DNA of 64,000 nt. Origin: Zancudomyces culisetae HAW-14-8 (Eukaryota; Fungi; Kickxellomycota). The position numbers and the translations under genes were made by a program. The notes beneath the pieces were generated by a model. The model ran no database searches. It was given only the letters and a program-made list of their open reading frames with translations, and was not told the DNA's origin. Shown here piece by piece: positions 38,489-50,480 of the stretch. The stretch is from assembly GCA_052426225.1 (NCBI GenBank), contig JBNJNM010000011.1, positions 3,286,001 through 3,350,000 on the forward strand. Reading direction: 5' to 3'. Position 1 is the first letter of the stretch; the number at the start of each line of letters is the position of its first letter.

Positions 38489-39106
38489 ATGGAGAACAAC
38501 ACACAGACTAAACCCACGAATACTGACGATATTGAAGCGGTTGTAAAGTCAGATAAAATGATTGAGGTTGCTCGTTGGGTATGCTAGTTGTTTTTTTTTT
38601 CAGTTGTTTTTTTCCCTTTTAGATTTGGTTGATTATAACAGCTTTGAGCGCATTTCTGGGTGAAGGGGATGGGGAGAAAAGAGTAAAATAATAATAGACT
38701 AAACCATTTTTACATCATAGAGGAGAATTGTTGGTCATGCATTTGCTGGGGTCACGGAATCGGAGGAGATTTTGGTTAAATTCAATCCCACTACATTTGA
38801 TAGCGAAACGGAGGTGACAAATAGGTATATTCAAAATGGCACAACCCTGAGCATGTTCGCGATTTCAGCATTCTCATTCTATAAAAGACGACAAATCAAC
38901 AAGAAAATGCTGGGGAAAATTTCGCTGGTGGGAGCCGCGCCCACCATTTTTGCAGGTTTGGGTTCAGGTAAGGATATATACTTTTACTGATATTCTCTTC
39001 TTGGTTTTTGTTTTCTAACAAAAAAGTGTTATTAAAAATAGTGACACTGATATTTGGGCTTATGAATGGACGAACATTCCGTATCTTAGAAAGCAAAACC
39101 GAATAG
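38489..39106 (+). CDS. small hypothetical membrane protein (3 exons)
   Basis: Exons join in frame via GTATGC..TAG and GTAAGG..TAG introns: MENNTQ...VARW/RRIVGHAF...AGLGS/VTLIFGLMNG...KTE*; two hydrophobic stretches. Confidence 0.6.
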
Positions 39107-39700
39107 ACATTAGCGCAGCTTTCTTTTTTCTTCCCTGTGCATTTTGCACTTTTGGCGTTGAAAATATATGTAGTTTTATCTTGTTTCCATCTATATTTAC
39201 AAACGGATAATGCATGAGGACGGAGAAAGCACGCAGAAACAGCTAATACACAGATTAATACTTCAATAGCAAATAACTATCTAGACATTTATGGAAGGGA
39301 CTAAAATATTGACAGATTATGTTTATTTGTAGTGAATATGTATATTCTTTCATATTTTATCTTCCTCCTGACTTTTCAGTGTCAAATAACTCACGTTGAC
39401 AGGTATACCAGTTTGTCAAAAATAAAAATGATACAGAAAAGTAAGACTGATGCAGTTCAAAACAAAAACCTGTCAATTAGGGTGTTTTTTTTTGTTGACC
39501 GGAAGTACGGGCTTGCCTGGTATATATTAGGGTTTGATAGTTTAGACAGATTAAAATACGCCTGTTTGTTTTCACTATATTTTGTGGAAGTATATATATT
39601 TGCAGCACATTGATCTTTAAGGCGTAGAATTATAAAGTTTTTTTTTCAAACGTTTCTATTTTCCAATCTCTGGGTTGCTAAGAAAAAAAAGAAGGGATAA

Positions 39701-42700
39701 ATGGATAATATTGATTTGGAGGAGATAAAAGAGCTTGAGCATTATTTTCGAACGGAAAATAGGGGGAAAAACATCAACCCAGTTGCTACACGTTCTGATA
39801 CAAGTAATAGTACAAATGGAAGAGTAGCGCATAGGCTTGAAAAAACTAATTCAAAATACCAGCATCAAAAAATCCTTGAACTTGACTCTATTAACCAGCA
39901 AAGTCTGATATTAAAGAAACTATCCGCTATTGGAGTCAAGAAAAAGCCAATAACAGAAGAGGGTATTGAAAAGAGATTATGTGAGATAGAGAAGGCTGGT
40001 GACGAGAGTGGTCAGAAATGTAAAGTATAAGGCTTGACCCTGTTCATTATTTATTTTATTTTACAAAACATGGTTTAGTATATCTACAATATTTATATAA
40101 ATGCGAAGAAAAAAAGATGAGAGGATGAGAGGATGCGAGAGTGAGAGAGTGAGAGAGTGAGAGGTTGGTGTGAATATCTCTTATCTTAACGCCTTTTATA
40201 TTAAAAATAAGCATGATATGGTATAGTAATCGTTAGACATGTTCAGGAGGAAATGCCGTTTGAGGGAGCGATTTCAACAGATGTACTGGGTAAACGATTC
40301 TGCCATTTTTTCCTAATAAAGCGATGTTTAGCAAAGAACACAGATGTAATGTTCTAAAAAAAGACTAAAAACTAAAAACTAAAAACTAAAAACTAAAAAC
40401 AACTCGACTGGTTCAAAATAAAACTCAGGAAAAGATATGAAAAAGGCATTCAAGTACGGATACTTTAACAGAGTACAAACTCAGTGTTTTGATGTTGTGA
40501 GTTATTTCTATTTTTGTATTGCTAAAATAAAAACTAGATATTTTTGGTTGCAAGCTCGGAAAAAATACTAAATGAAAAAACATATTGGTGAAATAGGTCT
40601 ACAAATCTTCAAAAAATTATGTGTTGAGTGGTAAGTTTACAGGCTAAGGCATCCATTACGTCGAAAGAAAAGGGATGAGAGGGTGAGAGAGAGGATGACA
40701 AAAAAAGTAGAGGATAAAGATATTGGGTATTATGAATAGCGCCAACTGGAACAGGAAAAACAGGTGTGATGGAACTGTCATTTATGGCAATGTTGTTGAA
40801 ATATAAAAACAAAGAGTCAAAGGCGGTGTATTTATCACCCACCAAGGTTAGCTAAATTTTGCAATTTATATCTTGTATCTTGTATCTTGTAAAAAAAATG
40901 AACAAGCGAGGAAACATGTATTGATGAGTGAATAAATGATGTATGTATGTTAATCAGGCACTATGTAGTGAGAAAGCTCATGATTGGAATAAGAGATTTG
41001 GAGCAATAGGTGCTGAATGTAAGAAAGCACAAACACTTTCTTTTAAAAACTAAAGAAATAAAGAAGAGGAGTAGATTGTGATTTGAACCATTCGCGTTTA
41101 TTTACACTTCGTCATATACAAGAAATATATAAAGAAAACACTAAAATAAAAAATTTCCCACTTAGGTTATGAGTTCACGGGGGATACAGAATATTTTAGT
41201 ACAAAGGATGTTAAAGACAAGAGGTTAATGTAACCAACCATGATTAGTTTGATATTGTTAGAGTATATAAATATATCCCGTAAATGTGATTGTAGAGTTA
41301 CTACACCAGAGAAATGGGATTGTTACTCAAGAAAGTGGAAGAGCCACTATAAGTTTATTAAAAACATTGAGCTTTTAATGGTAAGGAATGGTAGCTGGTA
41401 TAAGAAATCTAAATATGTTGGGAGCTTAGAGAATAAAGGTTGGATTGCATATATATTTGTGTAGATTGATGAAGTACATGTACTACAAGAAATGAGAGGA
41501 GGTGCAATTGAAGCAATAGTAAGTATCAACAAAATGTACCAGCTAAAAGACTAAAAAGCATAGAAATAAATGAATACAAAAACAAAACTAGGTGAGCAGA
41601 ATGAAAATGGTTAATAACAGAATAAGGATAGTTGCAGTGTCGGCAACAATAACCAATATTTGTGATGTGGCGGCATGGATAGGAAACAATAGCATTGAAA
41701 ACAACAAAGAGTGTCATCTAAGCGCTAAGAGTATGGCTCATACTTTTAATTTTGGCGATGAGTATCGGAGTGTTCCAATTAAGAAAGTGGTATTGGGATA
41801 TGCCAACTCAAAATCACCATTTCTCTTTCAAAGAAATCTTGATTTCAGGTAAATAATATACAAAGAAACACATAACATTTGGTTATTAGGAGAAATATTG
41901 AGCATAATAATTTGTGAGGATTAAAAAAATAGGGTTGCAAGTGTGATTGAGAAATACTCAAGCGGAAGATCAACAATAGTAGTACGTGGTTATGTATTCT
42001 TTTGCGCAATGATGTTATCCGGAGAAAGTGGTGGTAAATGTATTGAAAAGAAAAAAACAAACACTAAATAGTTTTGCTGTACAAGAAAAGCGGTGCAGGA
42101 CCTATGCTCAAAGTTAGCAAACCATGAATTTGCATGTTATTCGATAAACAGAGCAGAAATCGGGTAAGTTAATGAGGATGGCAGGATACCTCTATTGTAT
42201 ATTATTTGTGGTGCCTGTGTTATTACTATAAACTTGGATCTTTCACAAAGAATATCTTTAACCCATATAAATTTAGGGATAGAATCCAGAACAAAAAGCT
42301 GGCAGGTAATAAAAGAGCTCAACAAGATAATCATATCTTTAATAAAAATAAAATGGAATAAGTCTCAAATAAAAACGAATCAAAAACTGGTAAAATAGAA
42401 TATGTTAGAAAGGGGATTGGGTTTCATCACGCGGGGCTGGAAGTGAATGATAGAAAAGCAGTGGAGGAAATGTTTATAAAAGGTGATATCAAGGTTATAT
42501 GCACAACCTCGACGCTTGCAGTTGGGGTAAATCTACCAGCACATTTGGTAATTATAAAGGGAACTATGGGATACAACAACACCAATTTCTGCGAGTATTC
42601 GCAGTTAGAAATAGTTCAAATGATGGGACGAGCAGGGAGGCCGCAATATGACGAGTTTGGCGTGGCAGTGTTAATGACGACACACCAGGATAAGAGTAAA

Positions 42701-44572
42701 TACGAAGCAGTTTTTGAAAAGGGCGAGATTCTGGAATCAACATTGCACCATAATATTGAATTTTATCTTGGAGCAGAGATATGCATGGGCGAGATAGCAA
42801 GCAAAACAGCAGCAATGACTTGGATGAAATCGTCATTTCTTTATCAAAGATTGTTAAAAAATCCGACGCATTACAGAATTCTGGCACCTGGAACTGTAGA
42901 TCCTGAGGATTTTGAAAATGAATTGATTAGATATCTTGATTTAAAGATCGATGAGCTGTTGAGATACGGTGTGATAAAAGTAGATGAGTATGGGTCAATA
43001 TCACCTACAGGTAAGTATGTACCAATTTTAGAAATGTGGGTATGGTTTTAAATAAATTGGTTGCTAATTATAGAGATAGGAAAAGCTATGGGTAGGTTTT
43101 ATTTGAAGTTGCCAACAATCTCAATGATAACAAATCTAAAAGAAGCACCAAACCAGCGATACATTCTACAACAACTAAGCAAGGCTGCGGAATTTTCTGA
43201 CCATCGGTTGTTGCAGGGAGAAAAAGGAGTGCTGAATTTGGTTAACCAAAACTCTGAACTCAAGTACACAGTTGGAGAAAGCGATTTAAGTACAGTTGGG
43301 GGCGGAGGAACGGGAGCGGTAAGAGAAATATCAGACAAGGTGTTTTTGCTAATTCAGTGCTATTTGCTAGGAATAGTTATTAGAGATGCGGCCGAGGCAG
43401 CTTCTCTAAACCGAGAAATGGCCAAAATTATAACTACAAGCAAACGTGTAATAAAGGCATTTGTTGAACACTATGTTGTAAAACGAGACTGTATTGGAAT
43501 AAAAGCATGTCTGGATATAAACCGGTACTTAAACAGCGGCTGTTTTGATGCTAGAAATACATCTGGCTCTCCCAAAATTCTTGCACAAATTCCAAATCTA
43601 GGTACTAAATACTCCCAAATATTGTTCGATTCTGGAATCCGCTCAATTGCTGCCCTGAAACAAACACCCCCATCAACCATCGAAAATCTATTGAAACGCA
43701 ACCCGCCCTTTGGATTTCATGTTATTGATTCCGTGAACTCGTTTCCAGTTCCTTCAATTACTATTTCTAAATCCAAAACTAACCGTAATGAACTCGACCT
43801 ATTTGTTGGAGTTGCAAACTATGAAAAGGTTGCTCAGAGCAAAAAATCCCTTCTTTTGTCTTGGATTTCTGTGTTGGTTTATTCCAATAGTAACACTCTT
43901 CTCATTTACTGTAGAGCTCCTGTTTCCAAACTTAGACATCCTCAGAAACTCACTATTGATCTTTCTATCCCATCTCATCAGTTTCAATCTATCCAGATTT
44001 TTTCCTCTTCTGATAACCATGGTATGTTTATAAAATTTCTTTTTTCCCCCTACTTTTATTTATTCTACTCATCATTATTTGTACACTTTGTTTTCACTCC
44101 TACTGACAAACACACACAAACACACACACACATATGTATATGTTTATATATCTACACTATTGCTAGTTGGTGTTGATCTAGCTATGGATATTCCTCTTGA
44201 TCCAAGCACTGATTTTTCAATTACATCATCCGCCTCCAACTTTTTTCCAGCTCAACCTTCACTTCCGGAAACACAGCACCCAATTTTTGGTAAGCTCTCT
44301 TTCTCGTTTCACTCCTAGCTTTTCTCATTGGGCTTCTCCTAGAGCCTCCTAGTATTACTAACATTTTCTGATCATTCTCTATCCACAGATCAATCCTATG
44401 GCTACACTCCCTCCCAATCTGCTTCGCCTGATACTCACAGAAAATTATTGACTTTACAGCATTATTTTAAAAAGGTATTTATTTCTCCTCATATTCAATT
44501 ATAAATGTCAAATATTTCTAAAACAAACTAATTCTGCTATATATTTTACACTGTTAGCCCAAACTTTGCTAG
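39701..44572 (+). CDS. MER3: meiotic Ski2-like DNA helicase Mer3/HFM1 with Sec63 domain (many introns; 3' end tentative)
   Basis: Spliced motifs YFNRVQTQCF, APTGTGKT, YLSPTK/ALCSEK, VTTPEKWD, IDEVH, VSAT, FGDEYR, FHHAGL, STLAVGVNLPAHLVIIKGT and QMMGRAGRPQYD, followed by the Sec63 region. Confidence 0.92.
40364..40400 (+). repeat. (AAAACT)n microsatellite in a MER3 intron
   Basis: Tandem actaaa units. Confidence 0.8.
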
Positions 44573-44587
44573 GTGCACCACATCACT

Positions 44588-44663
44588 GTTTTTGTTTTTG
44601 TTTTTGTTTTTGTTTTTGTTTTTGTTTTTGTTTTTGTTTTTGTTTTTGTTTTTGTTTTTGTTT
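44588..44663 (+). repeat. (GTTTTT)n microsatellite, about 12 copies
   Basis: Perfect hexamer array between two convergent genes. Confidence 0.95.
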
Positions 44664-44777
44664 CTATATCTATTTTTCTCCGAATAATAGTATATTTTTC
44701 TCGTACTTTACCATCTGGTGTAATTATGTATGATAATTACTGCCCACAACACAGGTAAAATGAGGGTTTATGACTGT

Positions 44778-45884
44778 TCAACCCGCAAAAAGTCTTTTCA
44801 AATGATTTGAAAATATCACGCTCCTACTTTTTGTGAGTTTAAACTTTGGCAACGCATAAAAACTCTTTTTAGTTTTTCTATACTCCTCCAGCTTTGTGCC
44901 AAAAGTAGAATCGTAGTTGTTGAATGCTCCAGCCACTTTACTTTTGTCAAACATTTTTTTCAATGAATCGTTGATACCAGTTCCTTTTACACTATCAACA
45001 TATTCTTTTTTAGTTATGCTTTCTGCATCAACACTTGGGATACTTCTGAATCCGCCATCCCCTTGTCCAGCCAACTCGTACATATCAATCTTTTCCTGCA
45101 ACTCTCCATTTTTTGTGCTTGCCGTCACCGGCTTGCTTATCAATCTTTTGTCCAGATTAGCATAATATTTTTTCCCATCAATTATTTTGGCTTTTGGTTT
45201 TTTAGGTTTGTTTTCATCATGGTCGATGCTGAAGATTGTCGACTTGGTTTTCCTCAGTATCTCTTTCATTGAAAGAATACTCTTCTTAGTTGGTTTTGAA
45301 AATACTTTAGTTTGTGTTTTAAAGTAGTTCTCGCTTTCAAATGGGTCATTTTTCGGTACCTGAAGCCAAAATTCTAGCTTGTCCTCATCTTTATCTTCAC
45401 CTCTGCCTTCACCTGTGCCTTCATCATCATCCTTGCTTTGAAACTCATCTTTACCCACGTTCTGACATTCATTCTCGTTTACATTCCCATTCCTATTCCC
45501 ATTTATACTTTTATCCTTATCTGTGACCCTATTTATGTCCTTTTCAGCTTCATCCTCCCTTACCCTGGTCTTATTATTCAACTCTTTCTGGTCAAACCCA
45601 TTTCCTATATTACATGCCTTATTCTTTATTGCGCCATCCGATTGTACTTTTTTGAGAACTTCCTCTTTACATAACCTCTGCCTAATCATAAAGGTACTCA
45701 TCATCTTTTTAGGTCTTTTGTGGACAACATCTGTGCTTCTATCCACACCACTATAGGTTTCCTTTCCTATACCTTTGATGTCATCCTGAAACCGGCTCTC
45801 TTGACGAGTTTCTACTTTTTTACCACCGCCATCCGCATACTTCAGCAACTTTTCTTTGTTTTTGCCGCTCATCATATTCAGCAC
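44778..45884 (-). CDS. hypothetical Lys-rich protein (first ATG 45875; possible upstream exon)
   Basis: 368-codon ORF with purine-rich coding strand. The ORF start is directly preceded by CAG, which could be an acceptor. Confidence 0.6.
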   Translation of the reverse strand: MLNMMSGKNKEKLLKYADGGGKKVETRQESRFQDDIKGIGKETYSGVDRSTDVVHKRPKKMMSTFMIRQRLCKEEVLKKVQSDGAIKNKACNIGNGFDQKELNNKTRVREDEAEKDINRVTDKDKSINGNRNGNVNENECQNVGKDEFQSKDDDEGTGEGRGEDKDEDKLEFWLQVPKNDPFESENYFKTQTKVFSKPTKKSILSMKEILRKTKSTIFSIDHDENKPKKPKAKIIDGKKYYANLDKRLISKPVTASTKNGELQEKIDMYELAGQGDGGFRSIPSVDAESITKKEYVDSVKGTGINDSLKKMFDKSKVAGAFNNYDSTFGTKLEEYRKTKKSFYALPKFKLTKSRSVIFSNHLKRLFAG

Positions 45885-47368
45885 CTGTTGTATATATTTT
45901 TTTTATTATTGAAATAAAGGTGCTTAAATATATCGATATAAAAAACCGATACCGCTTTTTAATATATATATACTATTATACCACAAACCACTTTTTCTCT
46001 TTTTTTTTGTTTAAAGGATAAAACAGGGGTTCACATAGGATAAAAAGCGCAATATTTAAACAAAGAAATACTCCGAGCAGGCAGTATTTATTCCTAATTG
46101 ATGTATTCAATAATTGTGTGTGTGTGTGTGTTTGAATCGGTTTACTGGTTAGAGCTAATCATCATCCACTATCCACCATAAAACACATCCATTTTGATGT
46201 AAAGCTGCTGTTGCTTTTATATCCCGAAATTTATGTTTTTATTCTTGTTTTTGCTTTGTTTTATTCTAGTAACTCTAAAAAAATAGGGAGAACAATCATG
46301 GTTTTAACAACCAATTTCTAAATGCATTCATACCTATACCCTCACTACAATCATAGTATTCAACACAAAACGACTTGTTTAGCTGCTACCGCGGTTGTAG
46401 CTAGCATTGGGCTTTTCTGGTGCAAATACCAATCAAATATTTCTTTTTTTCAATAACAACAGCAACAAAAAAGCGTGTGGAAATACCGCTATTAAAAACC
46501 CATTTAAAAACAGATAGTTAATACTGCACCTATTGTTATAGATTTGTGAAATAATGGTTTAGCTTTTACAACGCTTTGCACTACTTATTTTTATCGCTTT
46601 TCATCCAAAAAAAGGAGAATAAAAAACAATAAGCGTTTAAATAGCACTCATAGTTGCGCACAACTTGTACTACGCTTTATTTGTCTACTCAAGGTCGCCT
46701 ATTTGCAACAAATGAAAAAAGAGGAGATCAATGCAAAACGCATATATTACATCATCACAATATATACTTTTGTTTTTTTGGTGGGGGGTTTGATATTGGT
46801 TTATGTTAAAAATTTGAAATATTATACGACTTAATCATAAAAATACTGTAGAAAAAAGCTGCAAAATGAGTTTATTGTTTGTTTACTTGAATGATGCTAA
46901 GGTAATCCAGTAGTTTACAAACAGTATATGCTTGATTTATTGTAAACAAAAAAATAACCAATTTTCTCGTCAAGGATAGCACTTATATACTTCAGCTACG
47001 TAATTGTGTTGTTTTCAAGCATCTATCATCTAAATGGTTGGGTGTAACCATTAATATACAAAAAAAAAAGCAGAAATAAGCTAGTAAGACGCATTTAACC
47101 ATGTTCTGCCATACAACATCAACAGCTTGTCCCAAATTACTGTTTCGTTTTTTTTTGCGTGTTACAAAGTTTCTGAGGCTTTTTGCTCTGTTAGTTTAAT
47201 TTGCTCCAATCCAGTATTCGTTCTTTTTTTTTGTGCTCATTTTTGTTAAATCGCCAGGATTTGATGGATGGGGTTGATTTTAGCGATGTTTTTCTCTTGG
47301 ATTTACCAATGCAAATGATATTTTTAGACTTTTGGAGAAGGTAATACCAATTTAAATCGAAAAGTGTA

Positions 47369-48422
47369 ATGATGTTTGCAAGGGTTACAACTCATTTCAG
47401 ACTTTTAAGGTATACCCCGAGTATAACGCGCATAAAACAGTACAATGTATTTCTAAATGGTTTAGGGTAAGAGCATTTATACTCGAATTACTTTTGCAAA
47501 CTAGCCGATCTTTTCCGGAAATAGAATGAACTTTACATGTGGATACGAATTAGATCAAATTCAACGACTTTGATGAGACAGTATTCCGACAAAGCCGGTG
47601 GTGTGGAATACAAATATAAAGTTGAATACGATAGAAATGTGGTTGGCGACAGTGGAAAGGATAAGATTTCTGAGGCGATAAATTCGGATCCTATAAAATA
47701 CTTCAAGGTATGTGAAGTAATAACTTTTATCTTTTTACACTTATAAATCAAAAAAGAATAAATAAAAAAATGATTTGGACGGTTGCGGGGGGGATGAAAC
47801 TATAGCCAAAGGGAATAAAATCCGAGGAATTCATCGAGTTTCTTCAAGGAAAAAGAGTAGGTTATGTCAACCAACCTCTGTTTACCATAAAGCACCGATA
47901 TTGGCCCAAAAGTGGGTTATTGATGGGTAATTTTAATTTTTTTTATACCTTTTCTAACCGTTTTTGGCCTTTACTTTGGTATAATACAACGCTTGCGAAC
48001 GTTTCACCCACTTTTTTAATCATACATGGATAATAGATTCAAAGGGCAGTGAAGTCAAAAAATATCGGTTCGGAATATTTTCGAGTAAAAAAGAGATTTC
48101 AAAGCTAGCTGTGGTGAGAAACAGGTGTAGAAGAAAGATCAGGAACTGCATGCAATACCTGGGTCCAGACTATGCTCCAAAAAGTAACTTTTTTTATTGT
48201 TTGCCACTTTGAACTGTATATTTGTAATTAAGTATTCTCACGATATTTTTACGGTTGTGTATGATGCAGGCTAATATGTTTTATTGTGATACCTTTTATG
48301 AACTAGATTCAGACTATATTGTTATTCTGAAACGGGGGATTGTAGATGCTACATACACCGAGGTATTAAACCAGCTTAAGGCAGCGTTGATCAAGATATC
48401 CAAAACAAAAACTAATAGATAG
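47369..48422 (+). CDS. rnpA: bacterial-type ribonuclease P protein (RnpA-like), predicted mitochondrial; exons 47369-47466, 47554-47707, 47806-47926, 48037-48183, 48307-48422 (211 aa)
   Basis: Four GT-AG introns splice in frame (636 nt including stop). Protein includes 'IKSEEFIEFLQGKRV..NQPLFTI', 'RFGIFSSKK', 'AVVRNRCRRKIR' (RNR motif) and 'DYIVILKRGIVDATYTEVLNQLKAAL'. N-terminal 44 aa have no acidic residue. Confidence 0.85.
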
Positions 48423-50480
48423 AGGGGTGAAACTCACTTTGCTTTAGTATTAGATGCAATCATGGCTATTGTTTTAATTCCTGCAAAGTACATTTAAATG
48501 TAGAATAATAAATACTTTCTTTTGAAATTAACTATCATCCTTTCCCCACTTTCATCAAAAAGAAAAGAGATGCGTAAACCAAGAGTGATAAATGAACGAG
48601 ATAACGCCAAAAGTATACCGATTATAGATTCATTAAATGATTGATAGCATGTAGTACTGGAAAATTACTGACTACTGCCCCCTCTTTGTTCATTGTGGTG
48701 CTTGTATTTTACCAATTATTTTCTTAGTTTTGTCTTTTCGGATGTATTTTTGATGATAAGAACTAGAAGAAAGAAAAAAAGGAGAACCAAAAAAAATATT
48801 AAGGCTTTCACAACAATTATACCTCTGCACCTGACGATTCTTTTTGGATACATTGATTGTTGGTTTATAGCATACAATTATTATATACTATCGTTTTAGC
48901 TTTTTTTGGGATAAACACCAATATTCACACTTCCTGGTGTATTTTTATTCATTAAAGCTGTAAGTATTTTCCGTTCAACTTTCATTTCAGCCCGCTGTAG
49001 GGCCGAGAACAAATAAAATGAACTCACCTCAGTTTAATAAGTTTGTAAAAAAAAGGGAGGGTTGGATCTGGACTTTTCAAAAAAAAAAGATCCACGTATA
49101 ATAGTGTCAATTAATATCCTAAGCCTTAGTCTATTATTATAGATGCAAGTATATCGGTTAACATTGACATGGATTAAGATTGAGGTTGTAGTTTTGCTTT
49201 ATCTCTCGCGAACCTGGAAACAAATTTGAGTGAAGAAGGGGGGGGGGGGAAGTGCTATCTAGACGCAAGAGAGTATCATCCAATTAACTGGCATTAGGGG
49301 TGTGTGTGTTTTTTTTAATATATAGAAAGTACAAGCTAGTAAAACGTTTTTTAAAAGCTTTTTCTGGAGTTACACAATTGACACGTTTGAGGACAGGTTG
49401 TTATTTTTTTTTTGGCTGAGTTTTTATCACTTGTAGCTCTTCCAATGATATATAGCCTTTTTTGCCTGGAATTGAAAAAAAGCACATTTTTTATAGTTGA
49501 CTCAAAATGAACATTAGAAGAGTTATTCTAGGGCACGAGGAACTATAATGGTACAAAAATGAATACTATTGTTTATAAAACATATATACTTAGTGTCGCG
49601 ATGTACACAACAAAATGATAAGCAAAGAATGTGATACACCCTGGAAGAAAAATGGTTTCAATAACACTAGCCCTTTTTTAAATGAAGCAGAGGTATTAGC
49701 CCTTAGCAGCGCGTTAAAGCCTAATAAAGCTTAGTGCTATCTATCATTTTCTTTCTATACGATTAATTGTCTGAAAGGCAAATAATGAAAATTGATGCTT
49801 CAACCCAGCGGTACATTGTTTTCAGTTGCTCAATTGTTTTTTACCTTTTAAAAATAAAAAAACAATCTCATGATGGGGGGGCGTAACCAAAAAAAAATTA
49901 AAAAAATAAATAAACGAGTAAATGGGGGTATAGTGATGAGGGGGTGAAGGTGTGAGGGTGTGAGGGGTGAATGTTTTGTGGTGTTAACAACAATCGAGTC
50001 TGTTCATGATTTAAGCTTCAAATAATCGCTTTGCAATTAATATCGAACTAGTCTAGATGAAATATGATATATAATTATGGCGGTCTACTCTTGCAGCCAA
50101 GTTCTTAATTTTTTTTATACTCCAACTTTCTCCATTAAATTATTAAATTGATAATAGTGCTATTTACTAGAAAACTAATTTCTCTAGAACAAAATTAATA
50201 CAGTGAAAGCTGACAGAAATTTCTCCATAAAAGGCTAAACACTTGTCATACTAGTTATATCCTAATAAACACGATCATAGAAGAGAGTAATCTTATTATT
50301 ATTACAAAAACAAACCACATATAAATAGAAAGTTTAATCACAAGTCATAAAGGTAACCAGATAACACTAATGATACTAGTACCATAAAAACCTGATAAAT
50401 ATATCGATTGTCACACCAGGATATATCTTTGTATTTTTTTTCTTTGCAAGAAGTATTTTATCAGTATATTTATTTAATAG

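Noticed and set aside
44573-44758. Poly-(VF) hydrophobic ORF
   Set aside because: Translation of the (GTTTTT)n microsatellite.
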